Virus record (IMG/VR): IMGVR_UViG_3300045988_092498
Coordinates: 1 to 17,265 of that record
Length of the DNA stretch: 17,265 bases
Origin: a virus
Lineage: Duplodnaviria > Heunggongvirae > Uroviricota > Caudoviricetes
Strand: one strand, 5' to 3'
Below the pieces are notes generated by a model, which worked only from the letters and a program-made list of their open reading frames with translations, had not been told where the DNA came from and did not search any database. Within the stretch, counting starts at the first letter, position 1; the number at the start of each line of letters is the position of its first letter. A program made the translations under genes and the position numbers. This document shows, one piece after another, positions 8,350 through 15,076 of this stretch.

Positions 8350-10560
8350 ATGAGCACAAAATTCAAAACCGTTATCACCACTGCCGGTGCAGCAAAGCTG
8401 GCAGCGGCAACCGCGCCGGGAGGGCGAAAGGTCAACATTACCACGATGGCCGTCGGGGATGGCGGTGGTAAATTGCCTGTCCCGGATGCCGGACAGACCG
8501 GGCTTATCCATGAAGTCTGGCGACATGCGCTGAACAAAATCAGCCAGGACAAACGAAACAGTAATTATATTATCGCAGAGCTGGTTATTCCGCCGGAGGT
8601 GGGCGGTTTCTGGATGCGTGAGCTTGGCCTGTACGATGATGCGGGAACGTTAATTGCCGTGGCGAACATGGCCGAAAGTTATAAGCCAGCTCTTGCCGAA
8701 GGCTCAGGGCGTTCGCAGACCTGCCGCATGGTCATCATCGTCAGCAGTGTGGCCTCAGTGGAGCTGACCATTGACACCACAACGGTGATGGCGACGCAGG
8801 ATTACGTTGATGACAAAATTGCAGAGCATGAACAGTCACGACGTCACCCTGACGCCTCGCTGACCGCAAAAGGTTTTACTCAGTTAAGCAGTGCGACCAA
8901 CAGCACGTCTGAAACACTGGCTGCAACGCCGAAAGCGGTAAAGACCGCCTATGACCTTGCTAATGGGAAATATACTGCACAGGACGCCACCACCGCGCGA
9001 AAAGGCCTTGTTCAGCTCAGTAGTGCGACTAACAGCACGTCTGAAACGCTCGCCGCAACGCCAAAAGCGGTAAAAGCAGCATATGACCTGGCTAACGGGA
9101 AATATACCGCACAGGACGCCACCACCGCGCGAAAAGGCCTTGTCCAGCTAAGTAGCGTCACCAACAGCGATTCTGAAACGCTCGCCGCAACACCAAAAGC
9201 GGTAAAGGCCGCGTATGACCTTGCTAACGGGAAATACACTGCACAGGACGCCACCACAGCGCGAAAAGGTCTTGTCCAGCTAAGTAGCGTCACCAACAGC
9301 GATTCTGAAACGCTTGCGGCAACGCCAAAGGCAGTGAAGTCTGCCTATGACAATGCTGAAAAACGTCTTCAGAAAGATCAGAACGGTGCGGATATTCCGG
9401 GAAAGGATACCTTCACGAAAAATATCGGTGCCTGTCGTGCTTATAGCGGCGCTTTGAGCACTGAAGCCGGAAACTGGACAACCGCGCAGTTTATTGACTG
9501 GCTGGAGTCTCAGGGAGCCTTTAATCATCCCTACTGGATGTGCAAGTGTTCCTGGTCATACGGTAATAACAAAATTATTACCGATACTGACTGTGGGACG
9601 ATTCATCTTGCAGGTTGCGTGATTGAGGTTATGGGCGTTAAAGCAGCAATGACCATTCGTGTGACCACTCCGAGTACATCAAGCGGTGGTGGTACCACCA
9701 GTGCGCAATTCACGTATATCAATCACGGAGCTGATTATGCGCCGGGCTGGCGACGCGACTACAATACGAAAAATAAGCAACCGGCTTTTGCATTAGGGAA
9801 AACAGGAAATACGGTTGCAAATAATAAAGCGGTAGGATGGAACTGGGACAGTGGTGCTTATTGTGCACAGGATGGCGGAGCATCAAAAATGGTGTTGCAT
9901 TTTTACACGGGTGAGGGAAGTTGTCCGGCAATGCAGTTTCTTGTGGATTATAAAAACAGGGGGATTTTTTACAGGTCGGCACGTGATGGGTATGGATTTG
10001 AGGCTGACTGGTCAGAGTTTTATACCACATCACGAAAGCCAACACCTGCGGATATTCTTGCTCTTGCATTATCAGGCGGAAGCATGTCAGGCAGCATAAA
10101 ATTTATCAATGATGCCTTCCTGATTTGGGAAAGAAACACTGACTGGGCGAAAATTGGATTTAAAAATGATTCAGATGCTGATTCTGACTCATACATGTGG
10201 TTTGAAACTGGTGATAATGGCAATGAATATTTTAAATGGCGCATCAGGTCTGGCAGCACAACAAAAGATCTGATGACGCTTAAGTCTGATGCACTACGGG
10301 TTACCGGGCAGGTGATACCATCAAATTTCAGCAATTTTGACTCCCGCTATGTCCGGGATATCCGACTTGGTGGTGCCGCCACATACAAACCTGCGAACAA
10401 TGGCATGACATGGACACATCAGGCACCGTCCGGGTGTGTATATACCGGCATTATTGTTCAGGATACCGGCTCAAACTCTGCCGATAACATTGGTGGCGTA
10501 TATTACAGACCGGTTCAGAAATACATTAACGGGACATGGTACAACGTGGCGCAGGTATAA
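8350..10560 (+). CDS. H: Tail fibre protein H
   Basis: 736-aa ORF after the baseplate genes with a GAGG Shine-Dalgarno. The N-terminal roughly 170 aa resemble P2 gpH as I recall it, and the ORF ends ...RPVQKYINGTWYNVAQV like P2 gpH. It contains tandem 44-aa repeats and an AT-richer, divergent C-terminal region. Confidence 0.85.
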   Translation: MSTKFKTVITTAGAAKLAAATAPGGRKVNITTMAVGDGGGKLPVPDAGQTGLIHEVWRHALNKISQDKRNSNYIIAELVIPPEVGGFWMRELGLYDDAGTLIAVANMAESYKPALAEGSGRSQTCRMVIIVSSVASVELTIDTTTVMATQDYVDDKIAEHEQSRRHPDASLTAKGFTQLSSATNSTSETLAATPKAVKTAYDLANGKYTAQDATTARKGLVQLSSATNSTSETLAATPKAVKAAYDLANGKYTAQDATTARKGLVQLSSVTNSDSETLAATPKAVKAAYDLANGKYTAQDATTARKGLVQLSSVTNSDSETLAATPKAVKSAYDNAEKRLQKDQNGADIPGKDTFTKNIGACRAYSGALSTEAGNWTTAQFIDWLESQGAFNHPYWMCKCSWSYGNNKIITDTDCGTIHLAGCVIEVMGVKAAMTIRVTTPSTSSGGGTTSAQFTYINHGADYAPGWRRDYNTKNKQPAFALGKTGNTVANNKAVGWNWDSGAYCAQDGGASKMVLHFYTGEGSCPAMQFLVDYKNRGIFYRSARDGYGFEADWSEFYTTSRKPTPADILALALSGGSMSGSIKFINDAFLIWERNTDWAKIGFKNDSDADSDSYMWFETGDNGNEYFKWRIRSGSTTKDLMTLKSDALRVTGQVIPSNFSNFDSRYVRDIRLGGAATYKPANNGMTWTHQAPSGCVYTGIIVQDTGSNSADNIGGVYYRPVQKYINGTWYNVAQV
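8868..9395 (+). repeat. Four tandem copies (last partial) of a 132-bp in-frame repeat inside H
   Basis: Landmark cgcgaAAAAGG recurs with a 132-bp period, at 8868 (variant caAAAAGG), 9000, 9132 and 9264. Encoded unit is KG[FL][TV]QLSS[AV]TNS[TD]SETLAATPKAVK[TAS]AYDLANGKYTAQDATTAR. Confidence 0.85.
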
Positions 10561-10563
10561 TTT

Positions 10564-11091
10564 ATGCAGCATTTGATAAATATAACGGCAGGTAATCCAA
10601 AAACGGTTGAACAATATCAATTGACAAAGAACTTTGATGTCGTCTGGTTTTTTACAGAAGATGGTAAGAACTGGTACGAAGAACAAAAGTATTTTGCTGA
10701 TGACACGATAAAAATAGCGTACGACAAAGATAATATCATCCGCTATGTGGAAAAGGATGTGACAGCTATCAGACCGGATGGATTAAGTGTGGTTGAAGTG
10801 GCGGATATTACTGCTAACCGACGGGCGGACATTTCAGGGAACTGGATGTTTAAGGACGGCACAGTGACTAAACGAATTTATACGGCAGAGGAATTGCAGC
10901 AGCAGGCAGAAATTCGGAAAGCCAGACTTCTTGCAGATGCTGAATCCGTGATTTTGCCGCTGGAGCGTGCTGTCAGGCTGAATATGGCAACAGATGAGGA
11001 GCGTAGCCGACTGGATGCATGGGAACGCTACAGCGTTCTGGTCAGTCGTGTGGAGCCTGCACATCCTGAATGGCCGGAAATGCCGCAATAA
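10564..11091 (+). CDS. G: Tail fibre assembly chaperone G
   Basis: 175-aa ORF starting 4 nt after the H stop, P2 gpG length, with the conserved C-terminal ...[21 protein letters not shown]. Confidence 0.8.
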   Translation: MQHLINITAGNPKTVEQYQLTKNFDVVWFFTEDGKNWYEEQKYFADDTIKIAYDKDNIIRYVEKDVTAIRPDGLSVVEVADITANRRADISGNWMFKDGTVTKRIYTAEELQQQAEIRKARLLADAESVILPLERAVRLNMATDEERSRLDAWERYSVLVSRVEPAHPEWPEMPQ

Positions 11092-11368
11092 GTTGTTTGA
11101 GCTCTGGTGGGAGCTTACATATCTATGGCACAGAGTAAAGCCTAATCTGACAGTCCGCTCTGTGCCAAAAGTAGACGATCATTGCAATACTGATGTTAAG
11201 GAAAGAAATTGTTTGAAAGTAATGAATGCATAAAGAACTGAATAAAAATTTTTCATCAAAAGCACTTTAGTTCCAGCAATTATATTGCTGTGCTCAATGT
11301 TATATGCTTATTTTATAAATGAAATTAATTTCCACAATGCCACCACTAAAGATGGCATCAATTAATCC

Positions 11369-12412
11369 TCAACTATCACTCAATAACTCGAGATAATTTG
11401 AGCAATACGACTTTGGAATAAGGTACATAGGTTTCAGTTTATTGAAGGTGCCAATGCTATCGTTTATTCCGAATTGAGCTCCAAAAAAGAAGTCAGGATC
11501 AAGTGACTCTCTGACCGCTAAAGAAAAAAGATTTAATGCATGAGCTAAATTATAGTGCAGTCGAAATAATTCTTTTCTCCAGTGCTCATACATATCATAT
11601 TTCTCATGATATTTATCTTGGTCCATTCTGATTTTCTTCCAACTCATGTCTCTCTTCCAAAAACCATTTATGTTACTTGCAAAGTTCATATTAGTTATAT
11701 GTTCGCAAAGGTAATACGCATGGTTAGCAAGCTCAACCATTGATAAGTCAAGGTTGGGAAGTCGGCCTGGCATTTGGGTCGTTAGAACGGTCTGGCAGGC
11801 CTCATAAAATCCATCAACAACTTCAGATTGCATTGCATTAGCGATAAGATTATCGCTAATGTTATCCCAGGCATGAAGATACATCTTACTTGTGAGGCGA
11901 TCTACAAGGTAGCGCTCTGTTTTGAACTGGTTACGAGTCGATTGCCCACATATATAATTTTTTTGTTCATTGCTCAGCGTTGCAAAAAAACTCTCAAGAA
12001 CCGTAGCACCAATCACCATCGCTTCATTTAAGTTATATTTATTTTTAATTTCGGCGATGGCATTGTTTAGATGTGGTGGGATGCCGCAATATTTATCATT
12101 GACAACATAATAAAACTCTCTGACTGTGGAAATAGAATTCCAATATGAGAAAAGTTTTTCGAAATCAGCCTTCATTTTATCTAGCGATTTCTTTTCATTA
12201 CTAGGCAGGTCCTCTGGAGCGTATACCTGATAGTAAATTCCTGCATCATATACCCATCCATCATTACCTCTGTCACCTATGTTACCATGAGGTTTTACTT
12301 TATCGAATCCGGGACGATAATATGACATAACTTTCGAAAATAAATTTTCATATTCTATTCCGTTACTTTCATGAACTTTAAGTTTAAAGCTCTGGATATA
12401 TCCATCTGACAC
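11369..12412 (-). CDS. Hypothetical protein of unknown family; AT-rich cargo gene at the G/FI junction (P2 Z/fun position); candidate anti-phage determinant
   Basis: 347-aa reverse-strand ORF with GTG start at 12410-12412 preceded by AGGAGG with a 6-nt spacer. Strongly AT-rich and flanked by AT-rich non-coding DNA (277 bp and 458 bp). No TM segments. Motifs noted by eye: GDRGNDG...YYQVY near the N-terminus and RKELFRLH near the C-terminus. Confidence 0.65.
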   Translation of the reverse strand: MSDGYIQSFKLKVHESNGIEYENLFSKVMSYYRPGFDKVKPHGNIGDRGNDGWVYDAGIYYQVYAPEDLPSNEKKSLDKMKADFEKLFSYWNSISTVREFYYVVNDKYCGIPPHLNNAIAEIKNKYNLNEAMVIGATVLESFFATLSNEQKNYICGQSTRNQFKTERYLVDRLTSKMYLHAWDNISDNLIANAMQSEVVDGFYEACQTVLTTQMPGRLPNLDLSMVELANHAYYLCEHITNMNFASNINGFWKRDMSWKKIRMDQDKYHEKYDMYEHWRKELFRLHYNLAHALNLFSLAVRESLDPDFFFGAQFGINDSIGTFNKLKPMYLIPKSYCSNYLELLSDS

Positions 12413-12748
12413 TTTTGGCCTCCTAACTGAAATTTATTTTTATAACTAAATAAGTGAAGACTTGAGTTAAAAATACTCTCCATTTATTTTGTTTTTTACC
12501 TTCAGTACAGCTTAAGCTGTGCCTAGCTTTGACACTATATCTTTACTAAGCAGTTTTTGGAAACAGATTTTTTGTGACAGTCTATACAATAAATGGTGCT
12601 GCATATGGCTGATAAGAATCTATATATCCACCTGAGCTATAGAGTACCATTAACGACCATTTATCGCTCAAAGCAGGCTGTCAGATTTGATAGCGTTTTG
12701 GCTATGTAAATTGTCAGTCGGAAAATGAGTGTGTACAAATCAGGACAG

Positions 12749-12774
12749 GCGGGCGAATTGCCCGCATTTTCTTT
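12749..12774 (+). terminator. Intrinsic-terminator-like GC hairpin (gcgggc-gaatt-gcccgc) followed by ATTTTCTTTAT
   Basis: Perfect 6-bp GC stem with a 5-nt loop and a T-rich tract on the + strand, about 100 bp upstream of the FI start and just upstream of the candidate FI promoter motif. Confidence 0.55.
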
Positions 12775-12777
12775 ATC

Positions 12778-12840
12778 TGTTGTTTCATCCACTGACCAGC
12801 CAGGTCAAATAGCGTCTCATGCTCTGCACAACAGAAAATA
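12778..12840 (+). promoter_or_regulatory. Candidate late promoter for the FI operon (TGTTGT motif)
   Basis: TGTTGTTTCATCCACTGACCA at 12778-12798, 93 bp upstream of the FI ATG, shares TGTTGT with the region upstream of V. Position agrees with the known P2 P_F late promoter; the dyad match is imperfect. Confidence 0.3.
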
Positions 12841-12870
12841 GTTGCACCCATTAACCACGGAGTTAAACGG

Positions 12871-14061
12871 ATGAGTGACTATCATCACGGCGTGCAGGTG
12901 CTGGAGATTAACGACGGCACCCGCGTCATTTCCACCGTATCCACTGCCATTGTCGGCATGGTCTGCACGGCCAGCGATGCGGATGCGGAAACCTTCCCCC
13001 TCAATAAACCTGTGCTGATTACCAATGTGCAGAGCGCAATTGCAAAGGCCGGTAAAAAAGGCACGCTGGCGGCGTCGTTGCAGGCCATCGCTGACCAGTC
13101 AAAACCGGTCACCGTTGTCGTGCGTGTGGAAGACGGCACCGGCGACGACGAAGAAACGAAACTCGCGCAGACCGTTTCCAATATCATCGGCACCACTGAC
13201 GAAAACGGTCAGTACACCGGACTGAAAGCCCTGCTGGCGGCGGAGTCGGTAACCGGTGTTAAACCGCGTATTCTTGGTGTGCCGGGGCTGGATACCAAAG
13301 AGGTGGCTGTTGCACTGGCATCAGTCTGTCAGAAGCTGCGCGCTTTCGGATATATCAGCGCATGGGGCTGTAAGACCATTTCCGAGGTGAAAGCCTACCG
13401 TCAGAATTTCAGCCAGCGTGAGCTGATGGTCATCTGGCCGGATTTCCTCGCATGGGATACGGTTGCCAGTACCACCGCCACCGCGTATGCCACCGCCCGT
13501 GCGCTGGGTCTGCGTGCCAGAATCGACCAGGAGCAGGGCTGGCATAAAACGCTGTCCAACGTCGGGGTGAACGGTGTTACCGGCATCAGCGCATCTGTAT
13601 TCTGGGATTTGCAGGAGTCCGGCACCGATGCTGACCTGCTGAATGAGTCAGGCGTCACAACGCTGATTCGCCGTGACGGTTTCCGCTTCTGGGGTAACCG
13701 TACCTGCTCTGATGACCCGCTGTTCCTCTTTGAAAACTACACCCGCACCGCGCAGGTGCTGGCCGACACGATGGCTGAGGCGCACATGTGGGCGGTGGAC
13801 AAGCCCATCACCGCAACGCTGATTCGCGACATCGTTGACGGCATCAATGCCAAATTCCGTGAGCTGAAAACAAACGGCTATATCGTGGATGCGACCTGCT
13901 GGTTCAGCGAAGAATCCAACGATGCGGAAACCCTCAAGGCCGGAAAACTGTATATCGACTACGACTATACACCGGTGCCTCCTCTCGAAAACCTGACCCT
14001 GCGCCAGCGTATTACCGATAAATACCTGGCAAATCTGGTCACTTCGGTTAACAGCAATTAA
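12871..14061 (+). CDS. FI: Tail sheath protein FI
   Basis: 396-aa ORF, P2 gpFI length, with a GGAG Shine-Dalgarno; followed by the tube gene. Confidence 0.9.
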   Translation: MSDYHHGVQVLEINDGTRVISTVSTAIVGMVCTASDADAETFPLNKPVLITNVQSAIAKAGKKGTLAASLQAIADQSKPVTVVVRVEDGTGDDEETKLAQTVSNIIGTTDENGQYTGLKALLAAESVTGVKPRILGVPGLDTKEVAVALASVCQKLRAFGYISAWGCKTISEVKAYRQNFSQRELMVIWPDFLAWDTVASTTATAYATARALGLRARIDQEQGWHKTLSNVGVNGVTGISASVFWDLQESGTDADLLNESGVTTLIRRDGFRFWGNRTCSDDPLFLFENYTRTAQVLADTMAEAHMWAVDKPITATLIRDIVDGINAKFRELKTNGYIVDATCWFSEESNDAETLKAGKLYIDYDYTPVPPLENLTLRQRITDKYLANLVTSVNSN

Positions 14062-14073
14062 GGAGCCTGACCG

Positions 14074-14592
14074 ATGGCAATGCCGCGCAAACTCAAGTTA
14101 ATGAACGTCTTTCTGAACGGCTACAGCTATCAGGGCGTTGCAAAGTCCGTCACGCTGCCAAAACTGACCCGTAAGCTCGAAAACTATCGCGGTGCGGGGA
14201 TGAACGGCAGCGCACCGGTAGACCTCGGCCTTGATGACGATGCGCTGTCAATGGAGTGGTCGCTCGGGGGCTTCCCGGATTCGGTTATCTGGGAGCTTTA
14301 CGCCGCAACCGGCGTGGATGCCGTACCGATTCGTTTTGCTGGCTCTTACCAGCGCGACGATACCGGCGAAACGGTGGCCGTCGAGGTGGTCATGCGTGGC
14401 CGTCAGAAAGAAATCGACACCGGCGAGGGTAAACAGGGAGAAGACACCGAGTCGAAAATCTCCGTGGTCTGCACCTATTTCCGGCTGACGATGGACGGTA
14501 AGGAGCTGGTCGAAATCGATACCATCAACATGATTGAGAAGGTGAACGGCGTCGACCGGCTGGAGCAACACCGCCGCAATATCGGCCTGTGA
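14074..14592 (+). CDS. FII: Tail tube protein FII
   Basis: 172-aa ORF, P2 gpFII length, with an AAGGAG Shine-Dalgarno (14060-14065). Confidence 0.9.
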   Translation: MAMPRKLKLMNVFLNGYSYQGVAKSVTLPKLTRKLENYRGAGMNGSAPVDLGLDDDALSMEWSLGGFPDSVIWELYAATGVDAVPIRFAGSYQRDDTGETVAVEVVMRGRQKEIDTGEGKQGEDTESKISVVCTYFRLTMDGKELVEIDTINMIEKVNGVDRLEQHRRNIGL

Positions 14593-14599
14593 TTTTCAT

Positions 14600-14620
14600 C
14601 CGGTCAGCCAGGCTGACCGG
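14600..14620. other. Perfect 21-bp palindrome ccggtcagcc-a-ggctgaccgg in the FII-E intergenic spacer
   Basis: Read directly from the sequence. Could form a GC-rich RNA hairpin with an 8-bp stem, or act as a symmetric protein-binding site. No adjacent U-tract. Confidence 0.5.
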
Positions 14621-14648
14621 TTAACCCCGATTCAGAAGTGAGAAAACC

Positions 14649-14924
14649 ATGAACAAAGAAAATGTCATTACCCTGGAAAATCCGGTCAAGCGTGGTGAGC
14701 AGGTCATCGAACAGGTCACGCTGATGAAACCCAGTGCCGGGACGCTGCGCGGTGTCAGTCTGGCTGCGGTTGCAAACTCCGAAGTCGATGCACTGATTAA
14801 GGTACTGCCGCGCATGACGGCACCGATGCTGACCGAGCAGGAGGTCGCCGCGCTGGAGCTGCCTGACCTTGTGGCGCTGGCCGGTAAGGTGGTCGGTTTT
14901 TTGTCGCCGAACTCGGTGCAGTGA
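14649..14924 (+). CDS. E: Tail assembly chaperone E
   Basis: 91-aa ORF, P2 gpE length, located between the tube and tape measure genes; contains the T6G slippery site near its 3' end. Confidence 0.8.
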   Translation: MNKENVITLENPVKRGEQVIEQVTLMKPSAGTLRGVSLAAVANSEVDALIKVLPRMTAPMLTEQEVAALELPDLVALAGKVVGFLSPNSVQ

Positions 14925-15076
14925 CGTTTCCGAAAAATCTGTCGGTCGATGACCTGATGGCAGATGTGGCAGTGATATTTCACTGGCCGCCATCAGAACT
15001 GTATCCCATGAGCCTGACCGAACTCATCACATGGCGCGAAAAGGCGCTCCGGCGAAGCGGAAACACGAATGAGTAA
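14649..15076 (+). CDS. E': Tail assembly chaperone E+E' (-1 frameshift fusion product, about 142 aa)
   Basis: Translating the -1 frame after the slippery site gives VAELGAVTFPKNLSVDDLMADVAVIFHWPPSELYPMSLTELITWREKALRRSGNTNE*. The stop at 15074-15076 overlaps the T start at 15069. The 85 + 57 aa total matches P2 E+E'. Confidence 0.65.
14897..14903 (+). other. Programmed -1 ribosomal frameshift slippery site TTTTTTG
   Basis: T6G at 14897-14903 lies inside the last codons of E (…GFLSPNSVQ*). The -1 frame is open from here to TAA at 15074-15076. Confidence 0.7.

Noticed and set aside
7842-8552. 236-aa reverse-strand ORF antisense to I and the start of H
   Set aside because: Overlaps two conserved baseplate/tail fibre genes on the opposite strand; treated as a GC-rich antisense artefact.
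9012-9296. 94-aa reverse-strand ORF with internally repeated sequence
   Set aside because: It is the antisense image of the 132-bp tandem repeats in H, so its internal repetition is a by-product of the coding repeat, not an independent gene.
8868-9395. Possibility that the tandem repeats are a CRISPR array or a diversity-generating retroelement target
   Set aside because: The units are 132 bp, contiguous without spacers, and lie in frame within a tail fibre gene. There is no reverse transcriptase or template repeat anywhere in the window.
11127-11166. 9-bp stem hairpin (ggcacagag / ctctgtgcc) downstream of G as a terminator
   Set aside because: The loop is 22 nt and there is no U-tract on either strand, so it is not supported as an intrinsic terminator.
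10994-11233. 79-aa + strand ORF spanning the G stop into the intergenic region
   Set aside because: Out of frame with and overlapping the 3' end of G, with no ribosome-binding site; the extension into AT-rich DNA looks fortuitous.
11369-12412. Naming the 347-aa protein as an Mrr-family nuclease or a HEPN Abi protein
   Set aside because: It rests only on short motifs (GDRGNDG without the catalytic lysine; a single Rx6H). That is not enough for a family call without a profile search, so the feature is left unnamed.
12593-12709. 38-aa ATG-initiated ORF in the cargo gene's upstream region
   Set aside because: No Shine-Dalgarno and no recognisable features; kept only as a possibility under the 12413-12748 finding.
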